NCBI RefSeq assembly: GCF_009914755.1
Contig: NC_060926.1
Direction: 5' to 3' (one strand)
Length of the DNA: 64,000 nucleotides
Origin: the human T2T-CHM13v2.0 reference genome, Homo sapiens
Shown: positions 53,170 to 64,000 of the stretch, piece after piece
Layout: each line of letters begins with the position of its first letter
How positions within the stretch are numbered: the stretch's first letter is position 1
Notes under the pieces: model-generated
Told to the model about the DNA's origin: nothing
What the model saw: only the letters and a program-made list of their open reading frames with translations
The model's database searches: none
Made by a program: the position numbers and the translations under genes

Positions 53170-54080
53170 AAATATCTTAATTCACCAAATTGTTTTTTGA
53201 ATTCCTAGTGTGCACTAGAACCATATTGAGTACTGAGGGTGAGGGAGGGGGGTCAGAAAAGGAGATCAGCCTTTTACCCTCAAGGACCTTGTGACCTGGT
53301 TTGACACACATGCAACACAGATGAAAGGGACAGAAGGAGATGCTGCTTACCTTGTAGTTGTTGCTGGAGGGCTGGAGGATGAGAACACAGACTAAAGCAT
53401 GTGGTGAAGGTTTTCTTGTTGCACTGGAACCTACATAGATTCTTTAGGGATGGATGGGAACTAGACTGGTGGAAGAGGGATGGAAGAGCATTCCTGGCCA
53501 TAGGACCGTCATGGACAAGGCTGAGTCATTCAAGAGTGTGTGTGACGTGTTCAGGAACAAGTAGTAGATCTATTTTTCTGAGGTAGGGATGTGGAGGAGC
53601 TCAAGGAAGATTGTTGGGAAAGGTCTAAAGAGGAAAGATGCTAGAGGGCCAATTAACACATGCAGATGAGTTTGTGCTCGAGCTGAAGCGTGACTGGGGG
53701 TAACTGCAGGTTTTTGAGCAGTGGCGTAGTGAAATAGAAGTGATGGTTTAACAAGGTTCGTCTGATACAACTGGCCAGAGGAGAAGCTTCCCTCACAATC
53801 TTATCCTCCAGCCCACAAAAGATGGGTTGTTTTCCTACCCCTGATTTACACTGAGAAAATCCTGCTATTTTACCTACCAACAATAAGAATCATTTATTGA
53901 ATGCCTACATCTTGCCAGAAGAAAAGCTCCAGACTTCCTCACAATTCCAAAAGGTAGATAATAATTATCTTTGTTTACATTAAAAGATACAGGTCAGAAG
54001 ATTAAGTGATTTGCTCAAAGCCACATTTGAGGGTCAGATTTTTAACCCAGACCTTCTTGGTTCCAAAGACCATGCATCAT
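53170..54080. mobile_element. L2 fragment followed by MIR
   Basis: cttttaccctcaaggacctt...gaagagcattcctggc...aggtttttgagcag (L2); catttattgaatgcctac...attaagtgatttgctcaaagccac (MIR). Confidence 0.6.
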
Positions 54081-54145
54081 CTATTAATATTTTCCCCATC
54101 TGTGCTTATCTAGCAAAGTGACCTATGGACTCTTTACTAGTAGGC

Positions 54146-54548
54146 TAAGAGTTAGCAAACTTTCCTATAAAAGGCCAGATAAATGTGATATACATATATA
54201 TCATATGTAAATATGAGACACATATATACACACATATATAATACACACACATATTTTTATTTTAGGCTGTATAGGTCATGCTGTCTCTATCACAACTTCT
54301 GCCATTGTAGTGTAAAAGCAATCATAAACAATATGTAAACCAACGAGTGTGGCTGTGTTTCAATAAAACACAGAAATTGGAATTTCATATAATTTTAATG
54401 TGTCAGAAATATTATTTTAAATTTTATGATCTATTTTATTTTTATTCTTTTCCAATCACTTAAAAATATAAAAACCATTCTTAGTCATGGGCCATATGAA
54501 AATGGGCAGTGGCCTTTTGACTTGTGGGCCATGGCATGCCAATCCCCA
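54146..54548. mobile_element. MER58B-like hAT MITE with TA/CA insert
   Basis: gttagcaaactttcctataaaaggccagata...gtgtggctgtgtttcaataaaac...gggccatggcatgccaatcccc. Confidence 0.75.
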
Positions 54549-55718
54549 TTTTAGGTTTATAGATTAGAGCACTAAGCTAATAAAGCCACCGTTAAATGAT
54601 TTGTCTCCATAAAAGACAGATTGCTGTATGCTGCCAAAAATCCTGTTTTGTCGGCAATATGCTATTGTCCTGTTTTTAGTCAAGTGTCTTGCAGATTTAC
54701 AGGGGATTACAAGGGCAAAGATAGCTCAGCGCAATCCAAACAACAATAGGAAAAACAATATATTTGTCCTTCTCACAAATGTAATGTCAAGAACATTTCT
54801 ATTATAGTCTAGTTAAAATGTTCTAAAAATGTGTTAATTGTAGGTTTTGGATTCTAAAAATGTCTCCCTGAAGAATGGCACAAAGCACTTTTTCTGTTAT
54901 TTAATACGTTGTATGCACTCAGTAAATATTATAGCAGTCCATGGTCAGGGTTTATTACATTAGAACTGCTGGGTTTAGCTCCATATTAGCCTGCTTTTAA
55001 TTCTTTAGATCCCTGATTCACTTACTTGATTTACTCACCCCTTAATCAGTAAACATTGCACATCTACCACAAGTCCAGACTTATGCTGGGTGCTGGAAAT
55101 TCAAAGTTGAACACTAAAGTCCTTGCCTCAAGGAACTCATGATAGGGAGAGAAGTCAAACACATAGAAATAGCAATAATGTCGAATATACTAAATGCCAC
55201 AGTATCGATGTGTTCTGGTGCTGAGGAAACACACAGAGATGGGCTCTGCCTGGGTGAACCAGAGAGTACCAAAGAACACTTTTAAAGGAGTGTGAGATCT
55301 GAACCAAATCTGTAAGAATACATTCACTCATGATGCTCTCATTTAGGAATGAGAACAATACTAACTCTAACTTGTTACCTAAGAGACAAAGGCAAGGGAG
55401 GGCTGCTGGAGAGCCGTGAAACTGTGGTCTGGTCAGTGTTGTTGAACTGAATCATAGCTAGTAAACAAGATACATGCAAGTCCCACATGCAACACACTTG
55501 TAATGTATTTTATACACTATACTTTTAGTGTATTTTATTTTCAACATTTCATGAAAAATGTTAGGTAATAAAATTGAGCACAAAATTTGTAAGTGGTAAG
55601 ACAACTCAATTTTCCCCTAAATTTCATTTGAAAATAATATAAGGGTACATATTTAATTTTTAACTAAATTTAAGACTCATATATCCAAATATTTTGGAAA
55701 AGTAGAATGCATTCTTAC

Positions 55719-55863
55719 CTGAAGGACCTTCCTAATTCTTTTTAGATTGTGTATCAAGAGTAGGTTTTTCTCTTTGGAAACACGACCTAACTGTTCATCC
55801 AGTTGTATTAACAAGTTTTGAAGAAGAATCGTTGCCATGGTTTCATTGTTAGAAGCTGCCTCC
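55719..55863 (-). CDS. STAT4: STAT4 exon 3 (c.129-273)
   Basis: T11-ag|G GAG GCA GCT TCT AAC...GTC CTT CAG|gtaaga, 145 nt. Completes W43 in phase with exon 2 and encodes EAASNNETMATILLQNLLIQLDEQLGRVSKEKNLLLIHNLKRIRKVLQ. Confidence 0.98.
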
Positions 55864-55997
55864 CTAAAAAAAAAAAGGATTATTACACAACAGAAAACAA
55901 CTTTGTAAAATGTCTACTTTTTTACCATACTAACTTTAAAACAATAAACCTATTACATGGTGATAAGCATTTAAAAGTTTTAAAAAATTAAATTGTT

Positions 55998-56790
55998 AAC
56001 ATGAAGAGATGCTCAACATCACTAATCATTAGGGAATTTCAAGTGAAAATCAGAGTAAGATACCACTTCATACCCATTAGGGTGGCTATTATAAAAAGGA
56101 AAAGAAAAAACAGAAAATGAGTGTTGGTGAGGATACAGAGAAATTGTGCAATGCTGGTGGGAAGGTAAAATGGTCAATCACTGTGGAAAACTATATGACA
56201 GTTACCCAAAATATTAAACATAAAATTGCTATATGACCCAGCAATTCCACATCTGGATATATACCCAAAAGAATTAAAAGCAGGGACTCAAACAGATATT
56301 TGCATACCAATGTTCCTAGCAGGGTTATTAGCAATAGCCAAAATGTTTGAACAACCCAAATGTCCATTGACAGATACATTTATAAAACAAAATGTGATAT
56401 ATACAAACAATGGAATATTATTGAGCTTCAAAAAGGAAGAAAATTCTGATATGATACCTGTTAAACATGAATGAATTTTGAAAACATTACACTAAGCAAA
56501 ATAAGTCAGTTACAAAAGGAAAAATATTGTGTGATTCCAATTATCTAAAGTACCTAGAGTAGTCAAATTCACAGAGACAGAAAATAGAATGGTGATTGCC
56601 AGGGGTTGGGGGTGGAGGACTAGGGAGTTACTGTTTAAAGAGTACAGAGTTTCAGTTTGGAAAGATGAAAAAGTTCTGCAGATGGATGGTGGTGATGGTT
56701 GCATAATAATGTGAATATATGTAATGCCACTGAATAGTACACCAAAAACAATGGTAAATTTTATGTTATGTGTATTTTACCACAATAAAA
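55998..56790 (+). mobile_element. L1MB 3' fragment in intron 2
   Basis: aacatgaagagatgctcaacatcactaatcattaggg...gaaagatgaaaaagttctgcagatggatggtggtgatggttgc...ttttaccacaataaaa. Confidence 0.85.
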
Positions 56791-57180
56791 AAGATGGCTG
56801 AAAAAAATTAAATGGTATAAGGTGAATAGAGCTTTGAAGAGTATAAATCTTACTGAGAAAAAAATATTGATTTACATTGAGTCTGTGATAGAGAACTGAC
56901 AATCAATTGATTTGCTTCTTTTTTTAATACATGAAAAATTATTTGGGTTTTTGTTTACAGAGAAAAGAAGCACTGGAACCATTAACTTTTCATTTACAAT
57001 GAATGGAACCAGAAAGGACAATTATTCCCCTTCTTTGGGAAGGCTTTCAAATCCTTGAGAAAGTTCTTTACCTGAAAAGAATGCATCTACTGAGTAAAAA
57101 GTGGACCATAAAATAAATTCACATGGATAGAGCATCAGACATTTGTGCATCAACTTCTAGGGAAAATATGTTTGATCCTA

Positions 57181-57330
<150 letters not shown>

Positions 57331-58999
57331 TTAGAGTTTTAAAATATTGTTCATAGCCCTAGTACATATTTTCTTCTTTCCTTAGAATTAGTCAATGTTA
57401 TGACTGAATTCCAATATATCCAAGGATACAAAAATTTCACTAAGGTTTTTTTTCATAATTCAACCCTAATGAAGGGAGCAGCCTTCTTTCTGTGCCCCTA
57501 AACTACAGCCTTCCTTGCTCTAAAATGAACTCCTGTTCTACCTGCTCCAAAAAGTTTTCACTCCCACTCTGCCAAACACCCCACATCCTGCCCACAGCTG
57601 TCTATGTGAATTTCTATTATCAACAAGCTCTTTCCCTATCTCTTGTCCCCTCAACATTTAGACTTGGAGCAACTTGAAGGCAAACGTATTTGACATTTAC
57701 TATACCTCCTAAAACCCTCTAAGACTTTATATGTGAGGAACAACCCCCCAAGAAGCTTCTTTTATATGAAATTGCCAAATTTCTTTTTTCTTTATTTCAG
57801 ATTTGTCTGGCTTCTAGAGTCAGCTTTATGTTCTTGACTTCTAGTCCAATTTTGTCTTAGCTTCATGAAGAATTTTATGTATGCATTTTCGTAGGCTCCA
57901 GTTTTTTAAATTAAAAATATTTCTGAACCAGTGAATGTGTTTCATTTCTCTCTGTGAGGATCCATTATAGATGGGCAAAGCTCTTAAAGGATGTAGTCTT
58001 TTTGTCTCTGAGAAACATCTGATAGTGGTTAAACCCTCAAGTTACTTAAGGAGTAAGAAACCACACTTGATACCTATTTGGCAGCCTGTCATAAAAGAAA
58101 AGTACGCATTTCCCCCTTGTAACCCCACTCTGGCCAATTTAGAAGCTGTAGACATATTTCCTAACTCAGGAAAATTAGTATGACGCTGCCTCCTTGAAAT
58201 TACAGCATTTTATGTTTTCCAAAGTCAAATTTTTGGTTGTTTTCTCAGCAATTCTAAGTCAAGTAAAAACACCAAACCCCCTTTTACATGATTAATCACC
58301 ATAACATTTCAACATATCTCATAGATAGGCTAAGGTTTCCTTTTGCCTATAGAACACCAGGGTAATTTCATATATTTCATATACATATTCTTTGGGTTTT
58401 AAGTAGAATCATTTTGAGCACCTTTTCCCTGAGCTCCTGGTAAATGACTTAAAATTTATAAAAAAACGTGTTGCCAATGTTTTGCTAAAGAGAAAGCAAG
58501 TGGGAAAAGAAGTAATGTTTTATTTGCATATCATTTTATATTTATGAAAACCTTTACACTTTACAATTCTAGGCATATTGTAAATGCTCAATCAATGCTT
58601 GTTAAATGAAGAATGAGTGGCACTCCTGACATTGCTATGAATATGGTAGGTGGATATAAGTAGTATGTCAACTTTAAAAAGGAAAAACTTGAAGATCAAA
58701 TAGGCGAAATGACGCCTGCCTAATGTGTGAGGCTTCTAAGGGACAACCTGAGGTTTCCTGAGTCTGAACCATTTGTTTTTCCAGATATCGGATGTATATA
58801 TATTCCATCGGATGTGTATATATTCCACACAAAATTGGAACATTTGTTCTCATGCTACTATCAACATTGTCCTATCTATCAATTTATTTTAGTTAATGAC
58901 AACAGAGAACATGAGTTGAAAATAGCATTACAGTTTTTCATCATACTATTGTTAAACCCCCGCTATGATTTGGATGAAAAATCTATTTTCTAACTAAAA

Positions 59000-59270
59000 C
59001 TTACAGGTAGATGGGAGGAATAAGTTCTAGTGCTGTAACACTAGGATGAATATGGTTAACAATAACTTAGTGTATATTTTCAAAAAGCTAAGAGGATTTT
59101 GAATGTTCACAACACAAAGTAATGATAAATGTTTGAGGTGATGGATATGCTGAATATCCTTTGATCATAACACATTGTTCATATTTATTGAAATATCACT
59201 GTATATTCCATAAATATTTACAATTGTGTGTCAAATGAAAATAAAAGGAAAATTAAAAAAAATAAAAATA
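59000..59270 (+). mobile_element. L1MA 3' terminal fragment in intron 1
   Basis: gatgggaggaataagttctagtg...aatgttcacaacacaaagtaatgataaatgtttgaggtgatgg plus A-rich tail. Confidence 0.8.
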
Positions 59271-59754
59271 AACACCGAAAAAAATCACTACTAAGATCTG
59301 AGTCTTTCGGAGAGCTGAATTCAAAGCTGAAAAAAGGAAGAAGAAGGAATACATAGTCCTAGGACATTTTCTATTGCAGCCTCTGGGAACGCCTTTAGAC
59401 ATCCTTCAGCAGGTTTCTTTGCTTTCACTCTCTAGGGGCTACTTCTTTCTCGTGAAAACTGTGACGTTGCTTCTGAAAACTCAGTGCCTGTCTGTCCTTT
59501 TTGCGTGCATTTCCTAGAAGATCCCACTAAAGGGGCATTTTGTCCCACCGTCTGTGAGCTGGTGGTGCCGCTTTGGCTCTGTGGCCTGTAGCTTGCAAAA
59601 GGAGATGACCTGCCCTAAAATGTCACTCGCGCCCATCAAAGCCACAGTCACCGGCTGCCGTAGCTGCAAGCTTTTTTCTGAAATCCAGGTACGCTAATCT
59701 AAAGTCAGACATCACAGCTCTAGAGAAGCTGGCTAAGAAAGTGAAGAGGGGCTC

Positions 59755-59910
59755 ACTTTCAGCCTCCGCGAGGACACACCTCCGCAGCCGCCGCAGCTCC
59801 CCTGGCCCCCGCAGGGAGATTCGCCCGGGCACCGTGGCGCGGGCCTGCGGAGCGGTTTCCGCGGAGAACCCGTGCCAGGGCGCATCTGTGGGTCGTGGAG
59901 TCGGGCGCTT
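59755..59910. promoter_or_regulatory. Small CpG-rich island at the start of intron 1
   Basis: Dense CpG/GC run (ccgcgagg...gccgccgcag...ggcgcgggcc...ccgcggag) in an otherwise CpG-poor window. Confidence 0.7.
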
Positions 59911-60052
59911 CCTTCTATAATAAGCCTCCTCAGGAAGGTTAAAATGAAGCAATTGTCAAAACGCCAAGGGAAAGCAAAGCTTCAGAGTATCCTGCATAAT
60001 AAGCATGTCCTCCTTACAAGAGGCAGCCAGAAGGTGTGGTCTGGCCACTTAC

Positions 60053-60135
60053 CTAGCGCTCTCTCAGCACAGGTCCCAGGCAGTGCTCAAGTCCAAAGTC
60101 AGAAGCGCCCCTCACAGTCCCTAGGAGAAAGCCGC
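60053..60135 (-). other. STAT4: STAT4 non-coding exon 1 (major 5'UTR); TSS end approximate
   Basis: Minus strand GCTTTCTCCTAGGGACTGTGAGGGGCGC...GAGAGAGCGCTAG|gtaagt matches the remembered STAT4 mRNA leader that joins CATGTCTCAG. Consensus donor. Confidence 0.9.
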
Positions 60136-60400
60136 TGACGCCATCATCAGTAGGGGATTTGCATTTCTCCTCCCACTTGAGGCTTTCCTGTGCGTCAGTG
60201 TTCGAGTCTCTGGGACTTTACTTGGGTCAGTTCCCACCCACTCTATTCTAGAAATGCTAACACGCAGAAACTGCCAGGCTGGAGCCCCTTCACCGGGCGT
60301 CCTCTTCCCTCTTATCCCTCCCAGCGGCTCTCGCAACTGCAGGTGGCTCAGCAGTGCCAGGAAAAAGGGGAGGGGCGGGGCATACATTTTCTTCAGTGGT
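60130..60400 (-). promoter_or_regulatory. STAT4 proximal promoter
   Basis: Immediately upstream of exon 1. CRE-like TGACGCCA 60136-60143, octamer ATTTGCAT 60157-60164, kB-like GGGGATTTGC/GAGGCTTTCC/GGGACTTTAC, TGCGTCA 60191-60197, GC box GGGGCGGGG 60372-60380. Confidence 0.75.
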
Positions 60401-60439
60401 TTCCTTAGACAATCTGAGATCCTCTGCAGAGTTACTTAC

Positions 60440-60506
60440 CTGGAGCCCAGTTCTTCAGCTTCCTCTCTCCCTAGTATAAGGCTCCACTCAGCCTGGTGAA
60501 CCACCC
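60440..60506 (-). other. STAT4: STAT4 alternative upstream 5'UTR exon; 5' boundary uncertain
   Basis: ...GGAAGCTGAAGAACTGGGCTCCAG|gtaagt is a perfect donor at 60440/60439. Possible acceptors at 60493-60494 and 60507-60508, or it acts as a first exon. Resembles the remembered alternative STAT4 leader. Confidence 0.7.
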
Positions 60507-60973
60507 CTGGGATGGAAGGGATGGGTAGCCAGGATCAAAACACCAAACTCATAGACCTTACTGGGCTCCAATTCCAGCGGGGTCCGCTCACTCCGACGAG
60601 GGTGACCTGACCCAGAGGGTTGGGCCAAGTCCTGGGTAGGCCACCAGTGCTTGCCCTTCCTGACCTAGCCTCCTCCTACTCTCCTTGAGTAGCCTTGCCC
60701 CTGGTTGCTACGGTGCGTTCTTCTCCCTTTGTGACATCAGCCTGTTCTAGAATCACAGAGTTGGAGGAAGTCTTGGTCCCATCTAATGCTAAATCCTCTT
60801 TCATATCTGAAGAGACCCAGTGAGGTGACCAAGAGGACTCAATAAGTTAGCCACGGAGCCCGATAATAGCCCAGGTGTTTCCCTTCCCACTTCAGTGGTC
60901 TTTTCATTTCATCTCCTTGTAGTTAGCTCTTAACCCCTTGATTCACAGTAGGGGTTCAATAAAATAAAGAGAA

Positions 60974-61100
60974 GTCCAGGCGTGTGGCTCACACCTGTAA
61001 TCCTAGCACTTTGGGAGGCTGAAGTGGAAGGACTCCTTGAGCCCAGGAGTTTGAGACCAGCCCAGGCAACACAGTAAAATCCCACCGTATATTAAAAAAT
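60974..61100 (+). mobile_element. Alu left monomer/FLAM
   Basis: ccaggcgtgtggctcacacctgtaatcctagc...ttgagcccaggagtttgagaccagc. Confidence 0.85.
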
Positions 61101-61825
61101 CAATAAAAATGTTTAAGAAAGTAAAAATAGTAAAACAAAGACAAAAATAAAGACAGACAGACAGACTGAAAGAAAGGTAGAAAGTGTCACTCAATTTGGT
61201 TATACACATGCTTAGAGCAATATACCAAGGTGAAAGGCCTGCCTCCCTCTTCCCTGACAGGTTTCACACAGGTACACCCTCTGGATTCTTCTCTCCCAGG
61301 TGACATTATCATGTGCTTAAACTTACCACCCACCCCCAAATAGGTCAATCAATCCAAAGTCACACTTTCCATATCACTGTAAATTTCCTGGTTAGGTAGG
61401 CCTGGTCCCCACTGCTTGTTGAGCAGGCAGTTTCCAGGAGCTTATGCTGCTCTGACCCTACATAAGAAAGTGCCAATTTCAGGCTATTCCATAAGCTACT
61501 AAGCAAAGTCTGATTTTCTTCTGGAGAAGCTGTCACTGCCTATAGGAAAAAAATCCAAATTCTTGGCAGTTTAAGTTCTGTACAGTTTGGTCCCAACCTA
61601 TCCAGGAAACTTTTCTCCCCTATAAGAGCCCATGATGTGACCCAAGCAGTCACCTCAGCTGCCCAGATTAACCTCATATTTCACTACCGAGGCTTTCTTC
61701 AACTGGATATTCCTCCCTGAGCCTACCTACTTAGTGAAATCCTATAGTTCTCAGTGAAGACTTCCCGATGACCTGAACCCACAGCAATGTTTCCCTGCTC
61801 CAAATTCTTCATACTTCCTGTCCAA

Positions 61826-62140
61826 ACCAGCGCTCTCCAAGAGAAATAAAATGTAAGCCACATATGTAATTGTAAATTTTCTCATAGCCATATTAAAAAG
61901 GAAAAAAGCACAGGTGAAATTAATTTTAATATTGTAAATAACCCAATATATACAAGAATCTTAACATTTTGGCATATAATCAATATAAAAAATTATCAAT
62001 AAGATACTTTGCATTCCTTATTTCATACTCAATCTCTGAAGTCTGGTGTATATTTAGCACTTACAGGGCATGTCAGTTAGGACTAGCCACATTCCAAGCC
62101 ACATATGGCTAGTGGCTGCCGTGTTGGACAGTGCACATCT
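61826..62140. mobile_element. MER33-like hAT MITE
   Basis: ccagcgctctccaagagaaataaaatgtaagccac...gctagtggctgccgtgttggacagtgca. Confidence 0.8.
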
Positions 62141-62297
62141 AGACCACTTACTTAGCACTTTTCACTTCCTGCCTCATAGTGTTAGTCACACTGGTTTTAC
62201 ATGTCCTTATCATTATCATATTCAATTGTTGAGTGCCTGCTGTACAAAACAGAGTTTGTTCTCCTCCTCCTTTTCAGGGCCTTACCTTGCGGCTTCC

Positions 62298-63618
62298 ACA
62301 GCAGTTTTTAAACCTTTTGTTCTCAAGATACCATTATTCCCTTAAAAATTGTTGACAAACCCAAGGAAAGTTTGTGTATTACTGTTTTGGATGAAATTTT
62401 TATTTACTGTGTTAAAACTTAAATCTGAGAAAAAATTAAAATATGTATTTATTCCTTCAAAATGACAATAATAAACCCACTCCATGTTAAACATGTTTTA
62501 AGAAAAACAAATATATCTTCCAACATGAAAAACGTAATGAGAAGAGTGGCATTTTAAAAATCTCTTTAATGTCTGGTTTGAGAGAAGACAGCTGGATTCT
62601 CATATCTGTTTCTGCATTTAATCTGCTGCAAAGTATTATTTTGGTTGACATATTTGAAGAAAGTATGGACTCACACATTTATGTAGTTGGAAAAGGGGAG
62701 TATTATAATGACCTTTTCAAATAATTATTCTTCTTTGATACCACATCAAAACTCAATGAGTGGTAGTTTCTGAAGGGCTAGTTGCATTGTGAAATCCGAA
62801 ACCTTATCAACATATACTTTATGTATACTTTATGTAAACATATACTTTATGTATACTGTTACATTCAAATCTTTTGTTGTATATATTTTGAATGAAACTA
62901 TTACCCACAAATTATTTTGCAATGTCAGACACTGGTCATTTAAAAAACATTGGTCCACTGAAGTATGCAGATTTTCTAAATGCTGCCTACTTCATCATAC
63001 AATGAATACAACATTTCATCATACAGTGTTCAGAAATTCATGTCAGGTAATATCAATGTTGATCTCATCATGTAAGTATTTTAAATACTGGGAAGCAGTC
63101 AAGCTCAAATTCTAATTTTTGCTTGAAAGCTCAGTTTTATTATTGGCAGCAGATACTACCAGTTGTTTTCCTTAAAGTGACAGGCTCGTCTTGGCAACTC
63201 AAACAATCACGCAAGTGCTTTTCCTCGAGATGACCATCATCCTTTAATATGTGCCTTTTCCGTTTCATCACAAAGAATATTAAAAAGACGTGTACTTAAG
63301 GTCTGAGATTTAATAAAATTAATAATTTTTACTGCTTCATCAAAAACATTCTTAAGTCAAACTGGCATTTTATTGTAAGTGCATGGTGGTGAAATATACA
63401 ACTGCTAGTATAATTTGGCACCACTTCCTTGCTTTGTGCTAAGGCCCCAACAGTTTCACCCACCTTTGCTTTGGTACCATTGGTGCAAATGTCAGCAGAG
63501 TGAAAAGACAAAACTGTATTAGTATTATTATAAAAATAGTTTAACCTTGCAGATGCTCTAAAAAGATCTCGGGGACCACTCCCAGGGATCTGCAGGTAAC
63601 ACTTAGAGAACCTCTGCT
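62298..63618. mobile_element. Charlie1-type hAT element
   Basis: Termini cagcagtttttaaacc... and ...acacttagagaacctctg; internal gagaagacagctggattctcatatctg matches the remembered Charlie1a. Confidence 0.75.
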
Positions 63619-64000
63619 CTATTTGCCATATGCTGCCAACTGTAACTCGTTTATCCAGAGATGTCTATCATGAGGGACTCTCTGCCCAAATACGCACTTT
63701 TTTCTTGGTTAAATCTTCTGCCTTGAACCTCTGTCTTCCTTCTGTATTTCAGGAGTGGAGGAAGACATCTAAGAAAGGGCGCTTCTATGTCCAATTTGTT
63801 TCTCTTTTTTAGAATCAAAACTAAATAAGCAGGTCTGCAGTTTCTTGACCCTACACTGGCCCTGGCCTTGTCAGTCCCTCAGAGACAAAGACATAAAAAA
63901 ATTCGAAGTAAAATGAAGAACAAACAAAATGCTAAAATGAAACCCCTGGAAGGTTTTCCAAATTCAAAGGCCCCCACAGATTCCTGTCTCCTTTCTCAAA

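Noticed and set aside
55365-55405. Minus-strand polypyrimidine-AG|GTAACA recursive-splice-like motif
   Set aside because: Weak donor half, only ~340 nt into the intron, and no other support.
59623-60499. ORFs over the promoter/CpG patch
   Set aside because: Expected stop-codon depletion in GC-rich DNA; no recognisable protein.

Overview
Human (or very close hominid) genomic DNA containing the 5' part of STAT4 on the minus strand. Recognisable parts are the promoter with non-coding first exon(s) (~60053-60506), coding exon 2 (57182-57310, [43 protein letters not shown]), coding exon 3 (55719-55863, EAASNNETMATILLQ...IRKVLQ) and about 55.7 kb of the long intron 3. From remembered flanking sequences, intron 3 carries the autoimmune-risk SNP block (rs7574865, rs10181656, rs7582694), with non-risk alleles here. 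The intron is repeat-dense: a full-length decayed L1PA, nested L1 stacks, about 19 Alus or Alu fragments, MIR/L2, MER85, Tigger5, MER58, and U6 and U2 retrocopies. MER33 and Charlie1 lie upstream of the promoter. The long ORFs in the track are L1/Alu debris, and the real STAT4 exons are absent from it. I found no convincing new gene system. The most unusual signals are four. (1) An Alu whose A-tail captured an inverted ~107 bp copy of nearby intron sequence, in STAT4-transcript orientation. (2) One target site hit twice (a U6/L1 chimera, then a micro-inverted L1PA), 2 kb from a tailless U2 copy. (3) A MER85 with an intact CSB-PGBD3-binding palindrome next to the risk SNP. (4) A 20-bp perfect CRE-centred palindrome. 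Repeat subfamily names and rs identities are from recall, not database searches.
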